The notes under the pieces are model-generated. The model was given only the letters and a program-made list of their open reading frames with translations. It ran no database searches and was not told the origin of the DNA. From the IMG/VR virus record IMGVR_UViG_2778261535_000011, positions 1-26,777 of that record: a stretch of 26,777 bases of DNA; one strand, given 5' to 3'. Source of the DNA: a virus (Duplodnaviria; Heunggongvirae; Uroviricota; Caudoviricetes). This document shows, piece by piece, positions 16,581 through 23,620 of this stretch (its first letter is position 1; each line of letters starts with the position of its first letter). The position numbers and the translations under genes are program-made.

Positions 16581-16674
16581 TCATTACCGCCCTTTCGGGC
16601 GGCCTCCTGATGATTTGAGGGTGAAGGAATCCCTCCGGTTAAGGATTAAATTTTATTTACAACACTAAATTTAA

Positions 16675-17124
16675 TTATTCAGGCGCGCGAATCTGTTCCG
16701 CACAATGCAATAATGCTTCTGTCACTTCCTTAAGCGTTACGGTATCGGCATCATCCAGTCCTGCAACTTTTGCGTGCCGGACAAACGCCGCGCGAAGCTC
16801 GTTAAACGCCACCGCCCGTACATCAGCCAGGAAAGCATCTGTAGCCTGGGTTTGCGGCATACCTCCGTCTGTTGCGCAGATATACGCATCAGATATTTCA
16901 TCCTGCTCGCCATTAAACACATAGCAACTCTGTACGATAAATTTATTCAGCCCCGCATTCTCCGCCGCAAGCGCATTAGCACGCACCAGTTGCACTTCCA
17001 GTTGCGTTGCCAAATCGCTGATCAGCTTTGCCACACTGCGCATATCAACGGCACCACATTCTGCTTTCAGTTCCGAAGCCATCTCATGCCCGGCGGCAAC
17101 TAACCCTTTGATATTCCTTTCCAT
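16675..17124 (-). CDS. Hypothetical protein, 149 aa
   Basis: Seen: ORF with GAGGG RBS 5 nt upstream of the ATG. No recognisable motif. Confidence 0.5.
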   Translation of the reverse strand: MERNIKGLVAAGHEMASELKAECGAVDMRSVAKLISDLATQLEVQLVRANALAAENAGLNKFIVQSCYVFNGEQDEISDAYICATDGGMPQTQATDAFLADVRAVAFNELRAAFVRHAKVAGLDDADTVTLKEVTEALLHCAEQIRAPE

Positions 17125-17185
17125 CTTTACCCTCGCTTATCCACATAACTTATTGATTACATTGATAACTAAAAAGATCGTCGAT

Positions 17186-17530
17186 TCAGAACTCTTCGAT
17201 GTTCCAGCCACCACCTGCTTTCTTTGGTTTAACCGTTACCCCGATGATTCGGAACGGATACTGATCTGCGGCGACTTTGGTTTTCACCCTGGCGTCGTCG
17301 GTCCAGAAACCTTTCACTTCGTGCAGTTCCATCTCGCCGGTGGCGAGCATCACAGCAAAATCGGGCGTATAGAACGTGTTATCAGCTAACCGCAGCTTGA
17401 TACCCTCGAATCGATACCAGGCGATTTCCCCTGCACGTTTACGCTGCTCAAGGTGCTGGCAATACGCAGATTCTGTTTTGTTCATCTGTCCTGTTTTGAG
17501 TCGACCAAGAGCCTGCATCTGTTTTCTCAT
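17186..17530 (-). CDS. Small protein, 114 aa, with a PD-(D/E)xK-like motif (putative nuclease)
   Basis: Seen: FYTPDFAVMLATGEMELHEVKG (D ... E-x-K spacing). Start ATG lies 3 nt downstream of an operator-like palindrome. The nuclease call is inference from the motif only. Confidence 0.45.
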   Translation of the reverse strand: MRKQMQALGRLKTGQMNKTESAYCQHLEQRKRAGEIAWYRFEGIKLRLADNTFYTPDFAVMLATGEMELHEVKGFWTDDARVKTKVAADQYPFRIIGVTVKPKKAGGGWNIEEF

Positions 17531-17533
17531 GAT

Positions 17534-17610
17534 TTACCCCTGAGGTAATTAAAAACCACATAAGACACGAAATCAATAGATTTTAGAACATTTTATTACC
17601 TAACAGGTAA
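17534..17610 (-). promoter_or_regulatory. Two perfect TTACC-N5-GGTAA palindromes (17534-17548 and 17596-17610) flanking a putative internal promoter upstream of gene 17186-17530
   Basis: Seen: both 15-mers perfect, separated by 47 bp containing TTGATT and an AT-rich -10-like segment on the minus strand; the proximal site ends 3 nt before the ATG. Confidence 0.5.
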
Positions 17611-17647
17611 TCATGTAGGCGTAAAAAAATGCGCTATCGCGCTGGTA

Positions 17648-18448
17648 TTACTTGATAAATCCTACCGCCTTTCCCCGCCTGTATTCCTCCATCAGCCACT
17701 GCGCCGGTGTTATTCCCCTAAGGGTGGCGGCGTTAGGCATGCACCCGAAACTTCGCCCTTGTGGATGGTAAACGTCTATCCCTGTGTCCGGAGGTGTACT
17801 CATGGGCTCTGGCTTTGCCTGTATGCTGATCACCGGATCGGGTATCTGCTGTCCGGAAGCCACCTTTTTCGCCCAATCATCGAGCAGCCTGCGCGCGTGT
17901 TTCTCAACCTCAATCTCGCTAAGCTGGCGCTGATACATTGCACGGCGGGTATCACATACGACCCAGTACATAACCGGATGCCGCCACGGGAATCTTTCGG
18001 GACCACCAGGATATAAACTTTTTTCCTTGCTGTACCGGTGAAACTCCGCCATCACATCGTCAATGGTGACGCCAAGAACCATCTTGCTGTCTTTACACCA
18101 CTTGATAAATTGCCCTGGCGACGGCCAGAACGGAGATTCACTGGCGCGGGCGTGGCGCATACCAGCAGAAACCTGTTCACGGGTTCGGATCCCCCCTTCG
18201 GCAAACGCAGCAATCCACTGCTGTTTTGCAGCAACTTCCTGCTCTGGCGTCTTCAGGTTGGTTACCACTGCCGCCGGAAACAGTTGTTTCAACTGTTTGA
18301 AAAGGGCATCAACAAGCCTCTCTGCTGACATGTTCACCACGTTGTCATTGTTGGTGTACTGATGCTCATAACCTGACATACGAGAAAGAGCTTCTCCGTC
18401 ACGGTTTTGTATCGCGGTAAAAACGTTGTTCACAAGAAATCCTCCCAT
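17648..18448 (-). CDS. Replication protein P-like (helicase loader), 266 aa
   Basis: Seen: QQWIAAFAEGGIRTREQVSAGMRHARASESPFWPSPGQFIKWCKD aligns with lambda P as recalled (QWVLAFRENGITTMEQVNAGMRVARRQNRPFLPSPGQFVAWCRE). Start overlaps the O-like gene by 19 nt. Confidence 0.8.
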   Translation of the reverse strand: MGGFLVNNVFTAIQNRDGEALSRMSGYEHQYTNNDNVVNMSAERLVDALFKQLKQLFPAAVVTNLKTPEQEVAAKQQWIAAFAEGGIRTREQVSAGMRHARASESPFWPSPGQFIKWCKDSKMVLGVTIDDVMAEFHRYSKEKSLYPGGPERFPWRHPVMYWVVCDTRRAMYQRQLSEIEVEKHARRLLDDWAKKVASGQQIPDPVISIQAKPEPMSTPPDTGIDVYHPQGRSFGCMPNAATLRGITPAQWLMEEYRRGKAVGFIK

Positions 18449-19245
18449 GCTTCAGGGCTGTTCCAGTGCGGAACGTTGTTATCAGGTAATGTTGATTGCT
18501 TCTGTCTGCTAATCTGCAGCCTCCTTGCCAGCTTCTGCTCCCACTGTGCCTGATGGTATGCCTTACCCTCAGCCATCCAGTAAATTCTGAACTCTGCAAG
18601 TTCCTGTGCCGTTGGCAGACTGTCCAGGTAGATCCCCTGCAATGAGCTTTTCCGAAGAAAGTCATCTGATGGTTGCCATTGTTCATGCATGACAAATTTG
18701 CCTAATTGCCCTGGCCCACCAGGAGGAACAAAGTTATTCATCACGGCGTTGTTTGCGCCGGGGTCATGAGGCACAGAATCCCCGCTTTTTGTCCTGCTCT
18801 CCCTCTCTTGGTTAAATGACTGGTTATATGACTGGTTCTGGATCCCGTTTTTGGGATCATTCAACATCCCGTTTTTGGGATCATTCAACATCCCGTTTTT
18901 GGGTATATTCCCGTTTTCGGGAACATTACCGTTTTCGGGTTCATTACACCCTTCCAGGTTGCCTTTAATGTTCCCTTTTTTGGTTATATTAAGAGAGAAA
19001 ACCCGCACTCTTTTCGTCGCCCCCTTTCTCTCTCCGGTATCTGAAATAAGCCCCATTTTCATGAGCGATATAAGTCCGGCCTGCACGGTTTTTTTATTCA
19101 GGCAAGTGTCTTTAACGAGGCGTTCTATGCTGGGGTAGCAGAGGTTATATTCATCGGCTCTGTCAGCCATCGAGAGCAGTATGAGCTTTAATGACGAGCT
19201 ACCTGGATCTGTCTCCCAGGCCCAATCTGTTGCATGTCTGCTCAT
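18430..19245 (-). CDS. Replication initiator, O-like (winged-helix N-terminal domain), 271 aa, with internal iterons
   Basis: Seen: N-terminal HTH-like region, a central NG-repeat segment encoded by DNA iterons, gene immediately upstream of the P-like gene, GGAG RBS. Established: lambda ori lies inside gene O. Confidence 0.7.
   Translation of the reverse strand: MSRHATDWAWETDPGSSSLKLILLSMADRADEYNLCYPSIERLVKDTCLNKKTVQAGLISLMKMGLISDTGERKGATKRVRVFSLNITKKGNIKGNLEGCNEPENGNVPENGNIPKNGMLNDPKNGMLNDPKNGIQNQSYNQSFNQERESRTKSGDSVPHDPGANNAVMNNFVPPGGPGQLGKFVMHEQWQPSDDFLRKSSLQGIYLDSLPTAQELAEFRIYWMAEGKAYHQAQWEQKLARRLQISRQKQSTLPDNNVPHWNSPEAWEDFL
18842..18949. repeat. Iteron array (putative origin of replication): five direct repeats with core CCCGTTTT(T/C)GGG
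   Basis: Seen: units at 18842-18865, 18866-18889, 18890-18910, 18911-18929 and 18930-18949; each core is an inverted repeat (TCCC ... GGGA); a second small repeat ATGACTGGTT x2 sits at 18816-18837. Confidence 0.7.
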
Positions 19246-19260
19246 GATTAATCTCCGCTA

Positions 19261-19461
19261 TCAGCTTGAATGTTGTGGGGAGGAATTAATCATGATCTGC
19301 TTAATCTCTTCCCTGATACGACGGTTTGATTCCATGGTGCACTCAACACAGTGTCCGTTGTAAACCCAGCGTTCACTGTCATGTCCGTGCTTACATGTTT
19401 TTCCGGTGTAATAGCGTTTAAGTCCGCGCTTTGCGGCATCAATACGTGTAATGATTTCCAT
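19261..19461 (-). CDS. Small Cys/His-rich protein (about 66 aa) at the cII-equivalent position
   Basis: Seen: YYTGKTCKHGHDSERWVYNGHCVECT; start set at the Met preceded by an AGGG RBS (19461), with longer alternatives at 19497 and 19524. Function unknown. Confidence 0.4.
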   Translation of the reverse strand: MEIITRIDAAKRGLKRYYTGKTCKHGHDSERWVYNGHCVECTMESNRRIREEIKQIMINSSPQHSS

Positions 19462-19542
19462 GGTAAGCCCTGTTATTAGTATTGGGATTACGGTCATTTT
19501 GTGCTGACACAAAAAAAAGATCAACCAGATTTGGTTTTTTAT

Positions 19543-19557
19543 TACCTTTGAGGTACG
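19543..19557. promoter_or_regulatory. Operator-like site TTACC-tttga-GGTAC (one mismatch) between the Cro-like gene and the next gene
   Basis: Seen: near-perfect copy of the dispersed palindrome. Confidence 0.4.
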
Positions 19558-19565
19558 AATAGATA

Positions 19566-19589
19566 TGAAAAGACCGCCGGGTGGCGGTC
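19566..19589 (-). terminator. Intrinsic terminator just downstream of the Cro-like gene (GACCGCC-accc-GGCGGTC followed by TTTTCAT on the minus strand); tR1-like
   Basis: Seen: 7-bp GC-rich stem at 19572-19578/19583-19589 plus a four-T run on the minus strand. Confidence 0.55.
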
Positions 19590-19611
19590 TACAGAGGGTT
19601 GTAGCTGGATA

Positions 19612-19842
19612 TCATGAGTAGAAGAAGTATGCCAGTTCTGCTTTTGAGCGCAGCCATTGTCTTGTTTTACAGGCTTTAAAAAGCCCATTCATCAATACTT
19701 TACCTGGCATTTTGCGCTTACCTGTTAAGTGAGTCTGGATATAGTGACTCGTCGTTCCGGCTTCCTGTGCGAAGGCTTCACGCTCATCCGGAGTAAGTGC
19801 AAGCCAGTGCTTTTTGAAATCGAAATGTCCGTTATCGCTCAT
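19612..19842 (-). CDS. Cro-like small DNA-binding regulator, 76 aa
   Basis: Seen: 76-aa ORF divergent from the repressor gene across an operator-rich intergenic region. Inference: Cro/YdaS-like role from position and size. Confidence 0.6.
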   Translation of the reverse strand: MSDNGHFDFKKHWLALTPDEREAFAQEAGTTSHYIQTHLTGKRKMPGKVLMNGLFKACKTRQWLRSKAELAYFFYS

Positions 19843-19878
19843 AGCTATTGCCTGATATTTATTTCAGATAATAAATAT

Positions 19879-19941
19879 TCACCCATAAGGTAACAAAAAT
19901 CAAGGATAGTTACCTATGAGGTGCATTTACCTGTTGGGTAA
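19879..19941. promoter_or_regulatory. Immunity-region operator cluster: three TTACC-N5-GGTAA-type sites (19879-19893 one mismatch, 19910-19924 two mismatches, 19927-19941 perfect) with divergent promoters
   Basis: Seen: three 15-bp palindromic or near-palindromic sites in the 154-bp gap between the divergent Cro-like and repressor genes. Established: lambdoid OR regions have this layout. Confidence 0.65.
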
Positions 19942-19996
19942 TATTGCTTTAAATTGAATCATCTACTGATTCATATATGAGGCGATTTTCCAGAAA

Positions 19997-20581
19997 ATGA
20001 AAAGTATCCAGGACGTCCGCAGGCAAAATCTCAACGACTTGATCGACCGTGAATTCAATGGTGTTCAGACGCGGATGGCAGAAAAACTTGGAACTCAGGC
20101 AAATCTGGTAAACCGCTGGGCTCTTGGCAAGAAGGTTATCGGCGACCAGGTTGCACGAAAAATTGAAGCTGCCGCCAATAAACCCCGTAACTGGCTTGAT
20201 ATTGATCGCTCGCTTTCTCAGGAGGGTTTTCAGCCTGTCGGCCCGAGTGATATAGGTCAGCTGGCGGCTCACAACCTGGAACGCTGGATGAGCGAAAGCC
20301 GCGACCTTTCAACGCAGGGAAAACTACACCGCGCATCCGGCGTCGCCCAGGTGACAATCAGCCGCCTGTTAAACAATGAGGTCAGCGTTTCCATTTCCAC
20401 CCTGGAGAATGTTGCATCCGCATTCGGGCGTCACGGCTATGAATTACTGATTCACCCGCACGACCCTGCGACCATCAACTATGATCGCTCGCGCTACGCA
20501 TTGTTACCCGAAACCGAGAAAGCAAAGATCGAAAGTTACATTGAATTTGTCATCAACCAGAACGAAAAAAACAAACAATAA
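19997..20581 (+). CDS. Prophage repressor (CI-like), dual HTH, no LexA/S24 peptidase domain, 194 aa
   Basis: Seen: N-terminal HTH-like segment (QTRMAEKLGTQANLVNRWALGKKVIG) and a second HTH-like segment (ASGVAQVTISRLLNNEVSVSISTLENVASAF); no Ser-Lys dyad or GDSM-type motif in the C-terminus; divergent from the Cro-like gene. Confidence 0.7.
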   Translation: MKSIQDVRRQNLNDLIDREFNGVQTRMAEKLGTQANLVNRWALGKKVIGDQVARKIEAAANKPRNWLDIDRSLSQEGFQPVGPSDIGQLAAHNLERWMSESRDLSTQGKLHRASGVAQVTISRLLNNEVSVSISTLENVASAFGRHGYELLIHPHDPATINYDRSRYALLPETEKAKIESYIEFVINQNEKNKQ

Positions 20582-20602
20582 AATCATATTTTTCAGTAAG
20601 TA

Positions 20603-20629
20603 AGCCGCCTTCTGGCGGCTTTTTTATTG
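20603..20629 (+). terminator. Intrinsic terminator after the repressor gene (AGCCGCC-ttct-GGCGGCT followed by TTTTTTATT)
   Basis: Seen: 7-bp stem and T-run about 20 nt after the repressor stop. Confidence 0.8.
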
Positions 20630-20638
20630 CCTATTCGA

Positions 20639-20715
20639 TTACCTAATGGGTAATTTTTTTAACTCATATCTATTGACACCAAACCAGATACGCATAATTA
20701 TTACCTCAACGGTAA
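20639..20715 (+). promoter_or_regulatory. Early-left (PL-like) promoter region with two perfect operators (20639-20653 and 20701-20715) flanking TTGACA (20673-20678) and TAATTA (20695-20700)
   Basis: Seen: -35 and -10-like hexamers with 16-nt spacing, bracketed by two perfect palindromes, directly upstream of the plus-strand operon. Confidence 0.6.
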
Positions 20716-20734
20716 CAGACCGAGGTAACAAGTT

Positions 20735-20887
20735 ATGCAGTGGAAAATCATCAACGGTTGGTACTGCGTTACTGCATGCGGATTCATGAGCTGGAAGTTC
20801 CGCACCTTACAGGAAGGCATTAAGTGGGCTTTCGTCAGCAAAGAAGCTCGCGATGTGGCCAACGATAACGAGATATGGGAGGGCTGA
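20735..20887 (+). CDS. Small ORF, 50 aa (first gene of the early-left operon; uncertain)
   Basis: Seen: ATG at 20735 with GAGG about 10 nt upstream; below the ORF-track cutoff. Could be a Kil-like or regulatory peptide; purely positional. Confidence 0.3.
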   Translation: MQWKIINGWYCVTACGFMSWKFRTLQEGIKWAFVSKEARDVANDNEIWEG

Positions 20888-20889
20888 TA

Positions 20890-21189
20890 ATGAACGTTAA
20901 TCAGCAGAAAAATCTTCAAAAAATCATGCTGGCATTCGACAAGGACTACCGCCTGTCAGAACAGCTATATGACCGACAAGTTGAACTGATTGAGAGTATC
21001 CGGCTTCATCAACTGGCATCAACTTTCGACGTTGTAACAGTTAAAGGCGTTCGCCAGGAAGTACTGGAGGCCGCTAAAGACAGCCCTGAGTTCGAAGAAC
21101 TAATGGATGCCTACCGGCGCGAGGCAATGGCAATTATCGCCCGCTGGGATCTGGCTGATCAGATTGATGGGCAGAGGGACGCGGCATGA
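20890..21189 (+). CDS. Hypothetical protein, about 100 aa (Gam-equivalent position)
   Basis: Seen: ATG at 20890 with GGAGGG RBS 7 nt upstream; ATGA overlap with the downstream exonuclease gene. Confidence 0.5.
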   Translation: MNVNQQKNLQKIMLAFDKDYRLSEQLYDRQVELIESIRLHQLASTFDVVTVKGVRQEVLEAAKDSPEFEELMDAYRREAMAIIARWDLADQIDGQRDAA

Positions 21190-22007
21190 ATCCGGGAATT
21201 TATTTCGATATCAGCAACGAGGACTACCACGCCGGTGACGGCGTGAGTAAGTCGCAGCTAGATATGGTGGCTAAGAACCCTGCCCTTCTGAAATGGGTGA
21301 AGGCTGCTCCGGAAGACGAAGAGAAGAAGTCTGCACTGGACATGGGTACTGCTCTGCACTGTCTGCTTCTGGAACCTGGAGAGTTTGACAAACGCTTCAT
21401 CGTTTCACCGAAGTTCGATCGTCGGACAAAACAAGGTAAAGCTGACGAAGAGGCATTTATTCGTGATGTAGCGGATATGGGGATTTCGGTACTTGATGCA
21501 GAGCAGTGGCGAAAACTGGAGCTGATGCGTGATAGCGCAATGGCTCACCCGGCGGCACGCTGGATGTTAGAAGCACCTGGTTACTGCGAAGCATCAATGT
21601 ACTGGAACGATGAAGATACGGGTGAGTTGTGCCGAATTCGTCCAGACAAATGGCTGAAAGAGCACAACGTGATCGTCGACGTGAAAAAGGTTGCAGATAT
21701 GGACCGTTTTGCACGCCACATCGAGGAGTTCCGCTACCACGTGCAGGACGCAATGTACCGCGAAGGCGCAATGAGGGTTACTGGTCAGCCACATGGTTTT
21801 TTCTTTCTTGCCGTGAGCGAAAGCATTGATTGTGGTCGGTATCCGGTACGCGTGTTCGAGCTGGATGCGCCGGATGTCGATGCCGGGCACGCTCTGTTCC
21901 GCCGGGATCTGAATACCTATCACGAATGCCGCATCAACGATGAATGGGGCGGAGTGGAAATTATTAAACGCCCTGACTGGGCACGTAAACAGGATATGTA
22001 CGTATGA
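21186..22007 (+). CDS. Putative recombination exonuclease, PD-(D/E)xK family (RecE-like), 273 aa
   Basis: Seen: motif IRPDKW...VIVDVKKV (D ... D-x-K), translationally coupled (ATGA) to the Bet-like gene. Established: phage annealase genes pair with a 5'-3' exonuclease. Confidence 0.55.
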   Translation: MNPGIYFDISNEDYHAGDGVSKSQLDMVAKNPALLKWVKAAPEDEEKKSALDMGTALHCLLLEPGEFDKRFIVSPKFDRRTKQGKADEEAFIRDVADMGISVLDAEQWRKLELMRDSAMAHPAARWMLEAPGYCEASMYWNDEDTGELCRIRPDKWLKEHNVIVDVKKVADMDRFARHIEEFRYHVQDAMYREGAMRVTGQPHGFFFLAVSESIDCGRYPVRVFELDAPDVDAGHALFRRDLNTYHECRINDEWGGVEIIKRPDWARKQDMYV

Positions 22008-22885
22008 GCAATGATATCGCAATCACATCACAACCAGGCGCAACTGTAGGCACTGCTGCGGCAATCTTCAGCCCCGAGGGCATGAATCAACTGGTGCGTT
22101 TCGCGGAGTTGATGTCACAAAGCAAAGCGACTGTACCGAAACATCTTGAAGGCAAACCTGCCGATTGCCTGGCGGTGACCATGCAGGCGGCACAGTGGGG
22201 AATGAACCCTTTCGCCGTGGCGCAGAAAACGCATGTGGTAAACGGAACGTTAGGCTACGAAGCACAGTTGGTAAACGCGGTCGTATCCTCTTCCAGCCTG
22301 CTGGCGACACGCCTGAATTATCGCTGGAGCGGTGACTGGTCGAATGTTAACGGCAAAACAGATAAATCACCGAATCTGACGGTAACTGTGTCAGCAGTTC
22401 TTAAAGGAGAAGCAGAACCACGTGAGCTTACCATCAGTATGGCGCAAGCAGGAGTGCGTAACTCTCCATTGTGGGAACAGGATCCGCGCCAGCAACTTGC
22501 CTATCTTTGCACGAAACGATGGGCTCGCCTGCACGCTCCTGATGTACTTCTCGGTGTTTACACCCCTGACGAATTACAGGAAACGGCACCGCGCGTTGAG
22601 CGAGACATTACTCCGCAAATGACTACGGCTGCGGGAATGAACAGTCTGATCAACGCTAAATCAGTGAAAAAGCCTGATGAGCAAACGCGTAAAGCGGATA
22701 GCCGTGAGCCAGAAGAAATGCTGATGGCCTTTACCAGCGCAGCGATGAATTACAGCACTGTATCCGAACTGGATAAGGCTTACAAATACATTGCACAAAA
22801 ACTTTCAGATGATGACGAACTGCTGGCAAAAGCCACCGACGTTTACAGCGTTCGTCGGGAAGAATTAAACGAAACATCTATGTAA
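22004..22885 (+). CDS. Single-strand annealing protein, Bet/RecT family, 293 aa
   Basis: Seen: segments GMNPFAVAQKTHVVNGTLGYEAQLVN, SPLWEQDPRQQLAYLCTKRWARL and ERDITPQ align with lambda Bet as recalled (GLNPWTKEIYAFPDKQNGIVPVVGVDGW; GPWQSHPKRMLRHKAMIQCARL; ERDITPV). Confidence 0.75.
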   Translation: MSNDIAITSQPGATVGTAAAIFSPEGMNQLVRFAELMSQSKATVPKHLEGKPADCLAVTMQAAQWGMNPFAVAQKTHVVNGTLGYEAQLVNAVVSSSSLLATRLNYRWSGDWSNVNGKTDKSPNLTVTVSAVLKGEAEPRELTISMAQAGVRNSPLWEQDPRQQLAYLCTKRWARLHAPDVLLGVYTPDELQETAPRVERDITPQMTTAAGMNSLINAKSVKKPDEQTRKADSREPEEMLMAFTSAAMNYSTVSELDKAYKYIAQKLSDDDELLAKATDVYSVRREELNETSM

Positions 22886-22934
22886 CCACCACCGCGGCGC
22901 CACGCGCGCCGCACTGCAACCAAGAGAGGTATTT

Positions 22935-23183
22935 ATGAAAGGTGCATTAGGTAAGAAGGAACTCCTGGCGGTGGTGCCACTGTCATGGAGCACTATCGAC
23001 CGTATGGAGCGCGCAGGGGAATTTCCTAAACGCTGGTATATCACCGATAAACGCTGCGCATGGAACCGTGATGAAGTTGAGCGTTGGCTTGATGAACGTC
23101 AGGCAGCAAGCCCGGCAGAGTTCCAGGGTAAAAAGCCTCCTGTTCAGCAACGTGTATATCGTCCTGTGAGCAACGCTGCATGA
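22935..23183 (+). CDS. AlpA-family HTH regulator / excisionase-like protein, 82 aa
   Basis: Seen: LLAVVPLSWSTIDRMERAGEFPKRWYITDKRCAWNRDEVERWL fits the AlpA/Xis winged-helix pattern as recalled. Excisionase versus transcription factor cannot be told apart here. Confidence 0.65.
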   Translation: MKGALGKKELLAVVPLSWSTIDRMERAGEFPKRWYITDKRCAWNRDEVERWLDERQAASPAEFQGKKPPVQQRVYRPVSNAA

Positions 23184-23292
23184 GTGTGCTGCTAAGGCAC
23201 TGGAGCAAATGGTCAGGATGGTACTTATTCCTGGCCTCTGTTTCAGCATGGCTTTATCTGCTGGCATTAATTTTCAGAGAGGGTTGGATTAA

Positions 23293-23592
23293 GTGAGAAA
23301 GTTAAGCCGACTTGAAAAATATCACATGAACAAGGTTTCAATGCGCAGCCCTTCAAAGGTTGTTGCCGTTACTCCTGCGGCAATAGAGATCGAAAAACGC
23401 TCGATTGAAAGAGAGAAAAAAGGGCAGTTCCGCATTGCCGCCCACCTTTGGCTTCAGTGTATGGATGTTGCTTCTGGTGATGTTGAGCGTGCAAGGATCG
23501 CGGTTCGCAGGGACCAATGTATCACAAAAGGTAACGGCCTTCGCCGTGGCGACTATAGCGGCATAGGATGTTGCGGGGTGGTTTATGAATAA
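23293..23592 (+). CDS. Hypothetical protein (up to 99 aa; start uncertain)
   Basis: Seen: ORF with GTG start at 23293 and alternative ATGs at 23326 and 23341; Arg/Lys-rich. No motif recognised. Confidence 0.4.
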   Translation: MRKLSRLEKYHMNKVSMRSPSKVVAVTPAAIEIEKRSIEREKKGQFRIAAHLWLQCMDVASGDVERARIAVRRDQCITKGNGLRRGDYSGIGCCGVVYE

Positions 23593-23620
23593 TCAAAACA
23601 ATAATATAAAAGGTAATATC

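Noticed and set aside
14773-17124. Search for a lysis cassette (holin, endolysin, spanin) and for toxin or virulence cargo between the replication genes and terminase
   Set aside because: No protein in this interval shows lysozyme, amidase or transglycosylase motifs and no toxin-like ORF is present; only the 72-aa hydrophobic ORF is ambiguous, so no lysis gene is annotated.
17137-17145. Perfect DnaA-box consensus TTATCCACA in the 17125-17185 intergenic region
   Set aside because: A single 9-mer has about 0.2 expected chance occurrences in this window and there is no cluster of boxes or adjacent AT-rich unwinding element.
18842-18949. Possibility that the short direct repeats form a CRISPR array
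   Set aside because: Only five units, imperfect, with no unique spacers between them, and they lie inside the O-like coding frame; they are iterons, not CRISPR repeats.
19525-19560. Second hairpin AACCA-gatt-TGGTT with flanking A/T runs beside the post-Cro terminator
   Set aside because: The 5-bp AT-rich stem is too weak to call a terminator; more likely part of the AT-rich leader of the downstream gene.
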